DNA of 59,320 bases, filler included, from Sphacelaria rigidula (taxonomy: Eukaryota), in NCBI GenBank assembly GCA_964200075.2. It is 9 parts of 9 records of this genome, joined end to end, with 100 filler letters (N's around TTAATTAATTAA, not from the genome) between each part and the next. Parts side by side here need not be neighbours in the genome. Positions count along the whole stretch, not along the records: positions 19,809 to 26,310 come from CAXNAA020019698.1; positions 26,411 to 32,912 come from CAXNAA020019699.1; positions 33,013 to 39,514 come from CAXNAA020019700.1; 6 more parts are not named here. One strand, 5' to 3'. Made by a program: the position numbers and the translations under genes. Under the pieces are notes generated by a model. It searched no databases. It was given only the letters and a program-made list of their open reading frames with translations, and was not told the origin of the DNA. This document shows positions 25,301 through 38,394 of this stretch, piece by piece (the first letter of the stretch is position 1; every line of letters starts with the position of its first letter).

Positions 25301-27399
25301 ATGCTGTATGCGAAACTAGAGCAGCTCCGCAGATTGCAGAGTGGATCGTATCTATGCTATGTGGGGGTGTTGGTGGGCTGCGCTCAAGATATACGTCGGC
25401 CGACAGACAAACAGTGATGTTTTTTTTGGTAACGAGAAAACAGCTCTTTTCCAAGAACGGTGATATGGTCTATTTTCCCGCGATACGGGGCATAACACCC
25501 TCTCTGAGGGAAAGGGTTTTATGCTAAATGTCGATAGCGTTGAACGCCTCAATAGTAATACATAGGCCAAATATTGAAAGATTTGGATGTTAGCTTTCAT
25601 CAAATCATCGAACCATCTAGCCGCAAATTCGCCGAATTTCAGAGAATATTCAGAATGGGACTCTTATGTCCCAGGGTGTTATATCCCGTCACCAAACCGT
25701 CTTTTTTATAATAGCGGCTAATCTTCTAACCGGTCAAACGCTGACGGTAAATGTGGCGGATGACCAATTGTTGTACGATGACGGAACGATCCGCCAGCGG
25801 TTCTTGTGGAACAAGCGACCAACACCTATGTATCATCACCTCCGGCCGGAAATCAAGTTATGACTCCAATATATCTGGACAGTACGAGTATCGGAACTGC
25901 TGTATCACAGAGTCGTGCCGACATGTATGTGTACCTACGTACGCGCCACCCTACCCTATGCGCAAGTACCCTGTCGAAGGTGAGGCTGGTCCGTACTGAA
26001 AATAGAATCTTGCACACTGTCCGTACATTTATGCATTACTTTCCAGATTCCACCGGTTTTGGTTCCTGCCATTGGTTGTTACTGAGGCCGTGTCTTATCA
26101 AATGGTTTTCGTGTCGAAACGTGCGGTCGAATCGAATTCGCTCGTTCCTGATTCGCCCACGCTGCTAATTTTCTCACATGGTTGAGAACATGAATGCCGT
26201 GGACGATTCAGGTACGAGCAAATTCAATACCACCGTACGTTTTCGAGTCGAAAACGTGCGGTCGAATCGAATTCGCTCGTTTCTGATTCGTCCACTCTAC
26301 TAATTTTCTGNNNNNNNNNNNNNNNNNNNNNNNNNNNNNNNNNNNNNNNNNNNNTTAATTAATTAANNNNNNNNNNNNNNNNNNNNNNNNNNNNNNNNNN
26401 NNNNNNNNNNTTCGTTTCCGGTGATGAGATATTGCTCTGCCAGGTTAAATCCGTTTCTGGGCTGGCCCAGCTCGTAGGCACGGGCCAACTTGTACATGCT
26501 GTAGGGCAAACACGTAATTTAGCCTCATTACAAAACAGTGCCTTCTGGGCTTGTAGTGATGACGCGGATACTGACTACATTCGTAGTTTTGTGCTGTACT
26601 GCGGGCACGGCAGGAAACATGGACCGCAGCAGGCCAGGCAGCATCTTCTGCATGAGAACACCACTACATCTCTGACTGGCGTCCGCAGTCCGCTTTCTCG
26701 TCTCCTGCATGAGAAAACTACTGCCTCTCTAATGGCGTCCGCAGTCTGCTTTTTGTCGCGCCCAGCGCTTTTTTATCTGTGCCTGGTGGGCGGGCGGCGC
26801 ACGCGCTTTCATCTGAACATGATATATGTTTCGCGTCGTGCGTTGGAGGGGTGGGGGGGGTCAGAGTGCCCGGGCAGAACGGTAGAGTTGGGGAAACAAC
26901 TGTACCCACACCAACGCCGGTTTTACCAGTTTTCTGTTCATGGTGGAAGTGCTGCTGTATCTGGCTGCCATGATATGCACCCGTTGTCGTGGTGACTTGT
27001 TCCAAGCGGCGTCGCACAGGCAGTAGAGTACAGTGTCCACTGTCTGGGGTGCAGATTCTCCTGTGGTATTACGGGTGCGTGCGAACGGATAGCGGTACTA
27101 TACGCTACATCCTGTCACTATGAGACCATGTTTTGTGGGAACCACTCCGTATTTGTACAATTATGAGAATTTCAGCCCGTGTACAGGCGATTTTCTCCCG
27201 TGGATTGATTTTTCGGGCCTCAGTCCGATGGGAAATGTTTCCCGGTGAGCTGCGAAAACAACCAGATCAATTATCCGGTCCTGAATATTGACTTTTGGTA
27301 TATCACCTGTGTGCACAGTACATTGCATTATGCAGTACCGTCTGTGATGGGGTGTGCGGCCCCCTCATCCCCTCTTGCCATCTGGCATTTTTTATCGAC

Positions 27400-29836
27400 G
27401 AGTGAGAAAGATCCTGTGCTAGCGAGGGATCCTGCTTATGAGACGAAGTGGAACCGACATGGCTCTCCAGACCGCAGCTCTGGGCACCACGCCAACTTCG
27501 GAGAAATAACGTGTGTGACAGCGGTGCAGTATTTTATCCTTACGCTGGATACTACCCCCACGGTGAAAATGCGGCAGCGATGATGGACGAGCTACCTTGG
27601 GGGGTAGCAAGGGAGGAAACGGCAGAGGCGACTTCACGCGCGAGTGTTGTTGGCGGCGGGCCGCTGTATCACGCCGATGGGGGAGGGAGGAGCGGTGATG
27701 CCACCGATGGCGGCAACTTCGGCATGCGGAGGCCTCGACGACGGAGGTGTGGCAGGGACGGCTCCGCGGACCTACCTTGCGGCGGTGACGGGCCAGCGAT
27801 CGAGCGAGGTTCTGCCGGTGCCGATGACGGCGCCGAACGCTGGTCTTCGCACCCGCGCGGGGGTCACGGCGATTCCACGATCGTATCTTGCCGCCTTGAC
27901 AGGCGGCGAGAGGAGGGGAACAGCGGCGGCAGGAGGATCACACGTGTCAAGTGCGGCGCTTCCCCACCCTTCTACTCGTGGCTCGCAACGTCACCTATTG
28001 TGGTGGCGTCATCGCTGTGGGCCTGATCGAAGTATCCTCAGCGCACCTGGACCCGGCACAGGTGAGGGAGAGATGTCCGCAGTCCACTTCATAGTCCACT
28101 CGGGAGGTTATTCGGGCAATCCCTGAAGAATTACTCGTGACCTCTATCGACAGTGATCAGTGGATCATTGTACTCCTTGCGATGTCCTCGGAGTGCATCG
28201 AGCTGGATAGTTCAGACGCCGTGCAAATCTCTATCAAACGCATGGTGAATGGTGACCCCTGGCACATACTGGTGAACCTGGTGTGCAGTGAGATCAAGAA
28301 TCTGAGCGACGGGAGCGAGGGAGCTTGGCAACCCGACGGACAGTATGATTGACTGACACCGTCAATTAAGGTGGTACTGTTCGTGTTCACGTATCTGTTG
28401 GCCGGGTGCGACTTTTGCCACATGTGTCCGGGATTCCTATCCTGAAGATGTGGGATTTCGTTCCGAAGGTCATTCGCACGCCAAATCCCTCCACAAGAGT
28501 GGTACTGGTGGACAAAGACGGTACACTGAGAGTGGATGTGGACGAGGGAGGGCGTGAAGGTGCTGGCCACCCTCAGGTACGGAAACGTTTTTGCTCAAGT
28601 TGCCGCGGATCCGGGACTTCTGTTCACGTCCGGGCAGGAGTTGGGGTCGTACGTGAGCAAGATCCGCTTGCGTATCACCACAGTGCATGGGCACCTGCCT
28701 TCCCGCTGCTGCTCAGACTTGGACGCCTGTGGAAAGCACGTCAGCGGGTCCAAAGCAGTGTTCGAATACTGGGGGGGGGGAAGCTTTCGAGACAGTACGC
28801 CCACAGTGGACTTCGACGGACGCGGGTGGGGCATAGAACCAGACGGGACGACTCACCACAAGGGCGATGTAAAATCGGCGAGCACAGGAGCGGCAGAATT
28901 CGCACGCGACAACATTGTCGTGTACTTGTCGAATGACACGTACGTCGACACATCCGGTAACCTGCAAACTTTCAGATGCATATGCAACTCGGAAAAAGCG
29001 GCAATAAAACACAGATGTCAAGGTTGCAGGTGTTTGGGGAACCGCACGCTGAGCTGCGGTTGCCAGGGCTGCTGCTTCCTGCCCCCACCCCCTTCGCGAA
29101 CGACCGCCGCAAACCCTACTGGTGAAACCGGCGACGGACACGGCGGTGCACGCGGCCGATCTTACAATGGGAGAAGCCGGTCAACAGCGAAGCATGCGAG
29201 GGGCGGATCGCCTGCATCACGTGGAAGGGGCGCGACGTCTGGGGCGAGCAGTGCGACAGCGGAACCTGTCGATATGATGGTGAGGAGTCTTGCTGGCGCG
29301 ACGCCGGGAGGGAGGTGGTAAGGGAAGCGTATCCGGGACAAGATCCGACCAGTAAGACCGGTGGCGGAAACGGCGGTGCACGCGGTCGATCTCGCAACAA
29401 GAGAGGCCGTTCAACAGCGACGCACACAAGGGACGGGTCGACTGCATCATGTGGAAGGGGCGCGGCGACTGGAGCGAGCAACGCGCCAGGGGCACCTGCG
29501 ATCATGACTAATAGTAAGGAGCCTTACTGGCACGGCGGCAGGAGGGAGGGGGGAGAGGGAGCATATCCGGGACAAGATCCGATCAATCGCAACTTTTGCG
29601 ACGGTGGATCAGATGAACCCATCGGACACAAGCCGAATGGTTCAGCCGGGATCTGGATTGAAGATGCAGATTCAGAGTGCAGCGGGTCCGAGAGAGAGGT
29701 TTCGGCATCAGAAGCGGGCGACGAGCATTACGAAGAGTTTGCGTATTTATTTCAGTCTGTAGAGAATATTGGGATCGTTCTTTCTAAAGATGAATTGAAC
29801 ACAAATGTCTGCACAGTTCAAGGTTACTTTTTCTAA
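27400..29836 (+). pseudogene. Frameshifted FEN1/XPG-like nuclease + Cys-cluster protein, AcademX-transposon-like (boundaries approximate)
   Basis: Motifs in order across frames: GEGEMSAVHFI (28061), LVTSIDSDQWIIVLL (~28135), YLLAGCDF/LPHVSGIP (~28400), LRY, H...W...GRGW, then CICN..C..CRC....CGCQGC (~28977-29075). Confidence 0.6.
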
Positions 29837-31171
29837 TCTGTAGTCATGAACCGTGCCTCGTGTACATAATGATTTGTGCATGTGCGGTGCACCCTTGGGT
29901 GCAAAAGTGTATGGGGAGTGGCCTGGCGACGCCCTTCAGGTGTCCGCCTGGAAGTCATTTTTACCATTATAGGAAGGCATTCGGAGATGTCAACACCCCC
30001 CTAGTCCACATCTAGGGCACCAAATAACACAGATGGACAAGAGGAAAGTTATATAGTTGTTTTTTCCCCATCGTTTGTCGTAAGAACCGGCCTCTGACGC
30101 CGAGAGGTTACGGCCGCGCGGGCGACAAAATGAGTCGGCACCGTACACGGGGTGTGCGGGTTATATCTTGCGCGGCGATCCCATGAGCACGCTTCGCGCG
30201 CCACCCCAGAAGCAACACCGTGCACATATTTATACGAGTACCGTCATTCTATCGACGGGCGACGCTGATGTTTCCACGAATGAGTGCGGGAGAAGATATC
30301 TAACACCATGAACACACCTGAACGCGGAGCAATTACCGCCCGTCCATTTAGGATATCAGCTTTGTGCCTGATACGCTTTTACACCGCATCTTATCTGTCC
30401 GAACACCCCACTCAGATGACAATACAGTATCTCGATGCACACGGTAGCTGCAGAGACAAATCAAGTTGCTCCGTGCAGCTAAGACGCATACTTATTGGCC
30501 CTCCACGCTCTCGCTGCGCAGAATCTTGCCGCAGATGAAAACGTTAAGATCTAGTGACGTTAATCTTCCGAGATTTTTTTACGATCCCAAGGGTTCATTG
30601 GTGTGATTTTGATATTGAACGATGGCTGTTGGCAAGTATCACCTGCCTATTGAGTTTCAGCGTGCTCCCAGTCGTACAGGGCGAGTAATCTTTGATCGCG
30701 TGGCTGTCGGCGATATTGGAAAATGACTTTTTGGCTTGTACAGATTTCGCCAACTTATTCCGGATGTCCATCGCTCGTTCGTGTGCTGTGCTGGGTGGAA
30801 TTGAATCGGACTTCGACGGAGGCATAGCTTCAGACACTTGCTACAGCTGTGCATCACCACTACTGTTATTCTTCTGCCCTGCCAACTTCTTTGACTCCGT
30901 CGAGTTGCGTTCTGGGGCGATGGTAAACAACGTGACAGTTTGCCCCGCATAACGCTCGCATCTTGAACCCAAATCGAGGAGCATGGCCTCCCAACATCTG
31001 CAATCACGGCGGCGGTTGTCACCGCAGCACTACTAGCAGGAAAATCATCCCTACCCTATAGATAGTATACTACTACAGTTTTGGGTTAAACAGGGGGGGG
31101 CGATAGGGCCCCTGGCTGTTTCGGTTGTGGATCGGCCCTACCTCGTAACAGGTGTGTCCTCCTTCACCCAC

Positions 31172-31303
31172 CTTATTAGCGCCCGTGACCACTGCAATCC
31201 TCGACATTGATCTTGATGTTGCCATAGTTGCTTTTGTGCTGTAAGCTTGGATCAATGGAAGGATCAACGCAACGGACAAAGCTTTGGGCACCCAAAACAG
31301 CAT
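31172..31303 (-). CDS. Short-chain dehydrogenase/reductase (carbonyl reductase-like), first exon with N-terminal presequence
   Basis: ATG...RIAVVTGANK|GTGGGT, 132 nt; start of the TGxxxGIG Rossmann motif, split at a phase 0 donor. Confidence 0.8.
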
Positions 31304-32367
31304 CTATGCGTGCATGGGTTTTGCAGTGCGGAGCATTTCAAGCGCTCGCAACTGAAGGGAAAACCTCTATTACTCCTATCGTATATTAGCCCGACCTCTC
31401 GGACCCGTGGTCACAGGCGTAGGCTGCGCTCTCCAGTACCACTCTCGTGAGCTCAGTTTTCAGTCTGTAAACTGGGCAAAACAACATAAGTTTTCTATCA
31501 TACTGTACGAACTGGGCCAGCCTAAAAACGGATTTAAGCTCTAAAAGCAATATGCCATCGACACAGACGAGTTAGGCAGTGATCCGCATATCGTATTAAT
31601 CGTCTAACCAAGGGGAAGGTGCCCATCTGCTTGACAGTTTGAGCCCACATTTTCTCGTTGATTAAACCCCATGTCTATTATAGTAATTCCTATAGTATAC
31701 CTAACGGAGATGGCGTCCATACTAAAATCCCTATGAACCCCCCGATCGATGCATTCAGCGGATGACGACGAATTTCGGTGTGAACATTTTCTGGGGCAAG
31801 GGGAGACGATAGATACCGTCACCTTCACCTAATAATTCGTTATCTATCCCGAGATATGGCGCACATAAGTTTCCATACTAAAATCAAAATATTACGAGCA
31901 GAGGCACTAGATGCCGTAAATCTGGATATCGCGTCTCAGTTTTGGAGAGTTGTTTAATAAAATTGCGTGTGGTGAACCGCTAGTGCAAAATAAAAAATAA
32001 AAAAACAGCCTGCCTGTTTTTTTCATTTTTTTTCCATCTCCTTCATTTTTTTTCGTGTTTTCAGTGAAGTTTTGAGGAGAAATGAACGTTGATCTTAGGC
32101 CTTATCTCAATGTTCTAGCTCAATTTTTAGAATTGTCATTTGAAAGTTAGCATGGAGAACCACAATAGTGTGCCGAAAAAAGAAATGGGCCTTCATTTTT
32201 TTTTCACAGAGGTTAGGGCGTTCTCGTGAAGGAATGGTATTTTCCATACTGGAACGCCCTAAACCAGGGAAAAAAAAATTGAAAAAAACCTGACACGAAA
32301 AACAAGCGTTGGCCGGTGAGTGGCCTTCAAACTACTGTTCCGAATTTTTACCGAACCGGTTTTTTAA

Positions 32368-32641
32368 AGGCCCATGCTCCCGCCAATATTTAGAGTTGGA
32401 TCCTGAAATTCGGTATGGACAATGCATAGGACATGAAAAAACACATTACGTCGGCACCGAAAGGTTTTATTTATTATTTTCATGAGTTAAGGACAATAAT
32501 CAGTTTTCAGGTTATCAGCAAATTCCTTCAACTCATGAAAAAAAGGTTTTGGTGCCGACGTAATCTTTTTTCCCATGCCCTATTCATTGTCCATACCAAA
32601 TTTCAGGGTCCAACTCTAAATATTGGCGGGAGCATGGGCCT
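32368..32641. mobile_element. Palindromic MITE (AGG...CCT ends, TTAA on the left; possibly Kolobok-like)
   Basis: AGGCCCATGCTCCCGCCAATATTTAGAGTTGGA ... TCCAACTCTAAATATTGGCGGGAGCATGGGCCT, with ~120-bp arms. Confidence 0.78.
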
Positions 32642-35600
32642 GCAAACTTCAAATCCGCCTCTAGGCTGGCCCAGCTCGTACAGTGATGGTGTGTAGCCAC
32701 CGGAGCATTGATGTGCGACAAGGCAAGCCAGTGGAACTTTCAACAGACAAAAGAAATCCTCCAAGGGCGGGTCGAGTAGAGTATTTAACAGTGGATCCTG
32801 AAAAATGGGGGTCCATCTCAAAAATGAGGTTCAAGTGGCATTTATTTCGGGCAATGGCCTAGAAAAGGTATAGCTTCTCGTTTTTTGCCCAAGAAAACTA
32901 CGAAAAATGGCCNNNNNNNNNNNNNNNNNNNNNNNNNNNNNNNNNNNNNNNNNNNNTTAATTAATTAANNNNNNNNNNNNNNNNNNNNNNNNNNNNNNNN
33001 NNNNNNNNNNNNACTGGGTTCCGGGCGTTTGTCTTGCCCGGGAGCGTCGTTGGAAAACCCTGTCCCCCCCCCCCCCCCGCCTTCATTTTTTTTCGTACCG
33101 ATTAGCCCCGTGCTTGTAGTGGTTGATGTCGTGTTTTGCATTTTGTATTTCGTCTTTTGTTTTTGTATTTGTTTTTTTTTCTTCTGCCGTGTTTTGTTTT
33201 TTGTTGCTTTGGACCCTGATTTTGTGTTTTGGTTTTCTTTGCCTTCGCGTCATTTTGTTTTGATTTATTTTGTCTTTTTTTTTCTCTTTCTCTTCTTTTT
33301 TTCTCTTTTCGCCTCGTGCTTTGTGCTCGATTTGTTTTGTGTTCAATGGGTAATTTTCTTGGTTATTTATGGGTTCATCTGGCAAAGTACAAGTGACGAC
33401 CGTTCCGTTCCTGACTCCGAGTCTGGAACTTTGAACCTCCGTCCTCCGCGCCGAACATTTACAACCATCCCGTCTACTGGAAAAGTTGCCACGAGATATT
33501 TATTTCTTCATTTTTTTCATTGTACGCAATTTTTGTCTTGCTTTGTTTATTATATGGTCTTTATTTTTGGTTTGTTTGTTCTTGATGTAGAGTTTCCGGA
33601 GCGAGCGCTAGCCATACCTGACGCCCACGTCTGGAATATTTGCGCTTTTGTTCAATCATTCCGTACGCGAATGCCGCCTCCCTCTTCGGGATCGGTCGTG
33701 ACGTGTCCCTTTTTTGTATGCATACTACGTTGAGTTTGATATTAAAATGAGCGATAGTAACCGAAGCCGAGTGCCTGAAATGTCTTGACCTTCTTGGCTG
33801 AAACGTTTGACCCTACTTGCTTCGTGCACACGTCAACCGCTCCCGTTTACAAGGACGGTTGCCACGTGTCGTTTTTCTGGTCCATGTTGCTGATATCTCG
33901 TTTTCGCTGTTGCCCAGCGTGCCCCTGGTTTTGTATTTTTTTGGTTTTGGTTTTTGCGTCTATGTCGGGAATTTCGCCATGAGGGTTCCAACGTTCCTGA
34001 CCCTCGAGTCTAGAAGACTTGGCCTGCTTTTTTTGCGAATCCTGCCGCGTGTGAACGACCTCGTTTATGGGAGGGTCACGGGTGATGCGACGCGATGATT
34101 TATACTTCTTGGTGATTGGTAAGTTACAACGAGGTCACCACTGGCCGCGTCGTACATAGCGGTGTTGAGAATTGTCATGAAGTCGCGGTATAATTGGTTG
34201 CAAACTTCTCCTCATACAGGACCATTACGTGTTATGATAACGTAGATTGCTCTTCCGGAACTGTCCGTTCCGCCATGTCGATATTCGACCGTTGGTTCAG
34301 CCTACAGGCTCAGAGTCCGCCACTCGCTATTTTTTCTGTCACTTTTACCAGCTTTTTGCGTACAATTACCCGCCCCTCAAATCGGTCGGTGGTGTTTTGT
34401 TTTTTATCAGGGATTACTGGACGAAGTAACGTGACGGTACGACCGGCGGTGGTTTTTACTCCAGTTTGTGTTCGGGCCAGTCTCGTTTTAGTCCAAACGG
34501 GCAAATACTATGGGGAGTGGGCTGCGTTGGCCCTCTCTGTCCTGTGTATTTGTCGTGGTTCAGAAATGTGTTGGGCGATCCGCATCGAAACTACGTAGTA
34601 GGCGCGAAGGTTGTGTATTGTCCACTACGTTTCTTTAACGTGTACGGACACCTGACCTCACAAACCGGTCGGTTGTTTTCGTATCTCGTCGGGTGAGAAA
34701 AAGAAAAAGAAATGCTGTACGACTGGATCATCACCCATACGTCTCGAGCAAGTTGTTGCTCTCACAAACATGTACCGACAATTAACTCACGTCAAACGGG
34801 TTGATTTGCCCGTATTATGCTATTCTTTTTTATCAACGTATGGTTTTTGCGGGACACTGCTATTTCCGCGACGAAATCGACTGTGCGTTGTTAGCTTTTG
34901 CCGATTGACTGGGACGAGTGATTAGCATGAACTTGGTTATCGGAGTGATATAACGCCTTGGCGGGCTTGCTTGTTTTTCTACCAATGACCTAAACCAAAT
35001 CGTACATCCGGAAAAGAGTAAACTATTATATTCATGACATAGTTATGGCAGAGTAGGATGATCGTTTCAATGATAGGTCTCTAATTTCCTGTGGCTATCC
35101 CGGAAATGCTCTCGGCATTCTGAAGACTCTGCATTTTGTGGTACATGGCTTTGATTGTTGATTTTGGATTTTGTTTTGTTCTTTGGATTTCCCATGACTC
35201 CGTCTGAAGAGCTCGCGGAACATGAGGACACTGCACTATTGTATGGGTTCGATTCTTTTCATTTTCCCTTTATTCTTGTGTTTGTATTTCGTGGATTTTT
35301 TTGTGTTGGTCGCCCCTTCCCGTTCCCCGTACCAACGAAGACACGATCTTCGAAATGAGAGTCTCAGTTTTCTAAGGTGTGGAAGAGGTATGGCTCGATG
35401 CAAGTTCGTCCTTTCTGAAGAGGGACTACACTTGAACGATCCAGGGTGGGCTAATGTGATGGTAAATGACCGAGTGCGCGAATTAAACTAGTTCTTCGAG
35501 ATTTGTCGATGGTCCCCAGAAACGACCAGCGGGTATGAAAAGATTCTAGCCGAAAGTGTGCTTGTATGAGGTAGAAAATGGATTGTTTTATGGCTGATAC

Positions 35601-35749
35601 AGCTGCTTGAAGTTGGATACAGAGTTGTACCTGACCAGCCGCAAGCGTACGTCACTACTGATGCTTTGATTGGCCACAACATGGCGCGTCATGCTGATTT
35701 TGTAGTATGACAGGGTTGTATGCGAGGCAGGGTAAGGGCGAGCACCACC

Positions 35750-36880
35750 CCTACCTCGCCTACCGAGTTTACTCGACCCACCGACCAGTCTGCAGGCATC
35801 CGTTGGATACAAGAAGTGTTTAACCATCATCTACTACCTTTGGTCTCTCCTGTCTTCAGTGTCGCGAGCCCACAGCCTTGACGTGAGCCTCTAAAGCTGT
35901 GCTGTACTATCTCCCTCATCCACAATTGTTCTTGTATTCTGGCTTTGGGCTGTGTGATTTCCCATGAGTAGCTGGTTATTGTATTGAGAGATTGAAACCA
36001 TAGTTTGAGTTTAACAAAACGATCGAGGATCGCTTGCTGACATCCTTCGAAGGGTGTGGCTTGCTTGCGTCGGCGTATACGGCATTACTGCTCTGCTGTA
36101 TCGCTTATACTTCGACACCTATGACTTTACTCGCTGTGTTCATGACCAGTTGCTCCTATCCTTCTATAATCTTCGCTCCTGCCCGATTTTATTCCATTTC
36201 GGTATCAACTCTACCTACTACGCGTTCCAGCAGCTCGGAGAATTTCACTGCATTTTCGGCCATCTCTTGTTGGAACTCTTGTCGTTTTTCTTTCAAATCT
36301 AGTGTATCGATTCTCCATTTGTACAGCTTCCTACCCCGTCTATTTCTTCCTCGTCTGTTGGCTTTCTGTCCACATTAGCCAGTGATCTGTGGTTCCCACA
36401 ACCTCCGCGCATACATGTACTACTTCCATGTCTCTAGTATTTCCATGCTCTACCGCTATGTAGTCAAGAACGGAGCATTCTATCTTTCCTTTGCATTGCC
36501 TCGTTCATGTCCATTGCGCCTCTGGCTTTTTTGCTCAATCGTTCAGCGCCTTTGTCTCGATATGCCCGAGTAACTTCAGCATTTCTACCCCATTCGTGTT
36601 CTTCTTATCTTCCCCGTATTGCCCAATGATATCATCCAGTCGGCCTGCTCTTCCTACCCTTGCATTAAAATCTTCCACTAACATTATTACTTCTCCCTGC
36701 CTCTTGTACTCATGTACATCTTCTGCTATTTCTCCAAACCTCTGCTTAATACCGTCCACCCTACTCTTCGATTCTGGGGGCATATAGATGTTCTCTACGA
36801 AGAAGTCCTTCGTTCCCCGCTCCCGTGGTACTCTCATCCATGTGCTCTCGTCAAATTTCGTGTCATCGATCACCTCTATA
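35750..36880 (-). mobile_element. Decayed non-LTR retrotransposon (LINE) ORF2 fragment: AP-like endonuclease and linker
   Basis: NIYMPP, EDFNARVG, NTNGVEML and a later TDHWLMW motif (~36370-36390); stops present; no RT motifs seen. Confidence 0.85.
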
Positions 36881-36959
36881 ATGTCGATAACCTCGGGCTA
36901 TCGAAAAATGTTATCGAAAGAGCGTTTGAACCTCGTATGAACACGTTTGAACACACCTT

Positions 36960-37960
36960 ACAGCCCACGACAGCACTTTTGATGGCTTGGCTGCCATCAT
37001 TACTACTACTGTCGCTGGTGCTCGCGGGCATTCAGCGTGTTCCACCATTGTCCTTCGCTCGCCAGTAGCGTGGTGGCCCTCTACCCCATGAGAACAGCAG
37101 AGGGCAGGGTCGATGGCGACTGCTGTAAAGACAGTACAGTCGGTGCTGTATGTCGTCCGTACAATATTTGTAGCTCAGTTCAGGTCTGTGCACGAAGCAT
37201 GTTGCAGATAGCACGCACCCAAGCCTTGTAGAGACAGGGCCGAACTTACAGTACACACGAGACTACTATAAGATAGGTAGTTCTACTACTGTAGTATATC
37301 CGATGCATACAACACCGCAGTGGTGTCTGTACTATTGTCCGGGCTGCCCGTATAACCGCGAGTACTACAACAGTGCAGCGAAGTTGCAGCTCAGTTCAGT
37401 TCTGTGCATACAGCGTGTTGCGAACAGACGTCGCTTTGCAGTACAGACTGCCTACGCACCCAAGCCTTGTAGAGACAGGACTGTACTGACAGCACGCACA
37501 CAAGACTATGAATAGTGCTATTGTTGCAATACTACAGCCAATGCATGCAATACAGCATTGTTGTGTGTACTGTTGTTCGTGCTGTCCTTTCAGTCAAGTA
37601 CTACCGTGCAGGGAAAAAGCACAACCGTCACTTCTACATTCAGTTGGTACAGCAAGGCGGTGTTCTTATTGATGGTCGTGCGTCACGCAGCCCCCCATGT
37701 ATTGCTCAGGCAATGTATCACAGTAGTACAGACAGACAGTACTGACCGTACACCACGACAGGACAGCACAAAGCAGAGTGCTGCGTCTCTCTTGGGCACC
37801 CCAAAATTTGAAATTATGCCTGCACACCTTATAGAGAACTATGAAAACTGCGTTCTCAAAGTTGATAGTGCGTCGATCACGTGAGGAGGGCTACTTCGAA
37901 AAATTCTGTTGAAAGACGTGCTGTTGAAAAACGGCTTTTCTGATAACGTGTTTTTTAATA
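36960..37960. repeat. Interspersed repeat family shared with 52819-53800
   Basis: Shared blocks such as CAGTACAGACTGCC.ACGCACCCAAG, TCAAGTACTACCGTGC and GATAGTGCGTCGATCACG. Confidence 0.7.
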
Positions 37961-38394
37961 CATAAGAGGTAGCCGAAAACCCTGATTTTCTGAAAACTTT
38001 GGGCTATCGGAAAATTTTATCAGAAAAAATTCCATCTGAAAACGCGTTTTCTGATAGAGCTTTTTTTATACAGTAGTGGGTGGTCTCCCTATTCATTTTG
38101 ACGCATTTCGTGATTTCTTCGTAATTGGCGATTTTCGTTGGCTCTTTTGCTTGCCACTGCTTATCACATGGAGGATCTGAAGGTATTCGTATCCGCTCCA
38201 CATTCCAAGAAGAAAAAATCACCTGTCCTCAATATTGAGTGACGTACGGGCTGACCGGTCATCGGGGGTCCTGCAACGTTTCAGCCCAGATTCTTACTCT
38301 TCGGTATTATCGGTCGATCGAGCCTGTCCCGATCATATCTCTAAAAAAAATGTAAAGTTTTCACACGTCGGAAAACTCATGAGTCAACTCAGTC

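Noticed and set aside
30595..30960. Second exon of the SDR
   Set aside because: Does not begin with GIG or contain SDR motifs, and has an in-frame stop.
33029..33733. 234-aa Phe-rich 'membrane protein' ORF (similarly 474-782)
   Set aside because: Product of T-rich low-complexity sequence.
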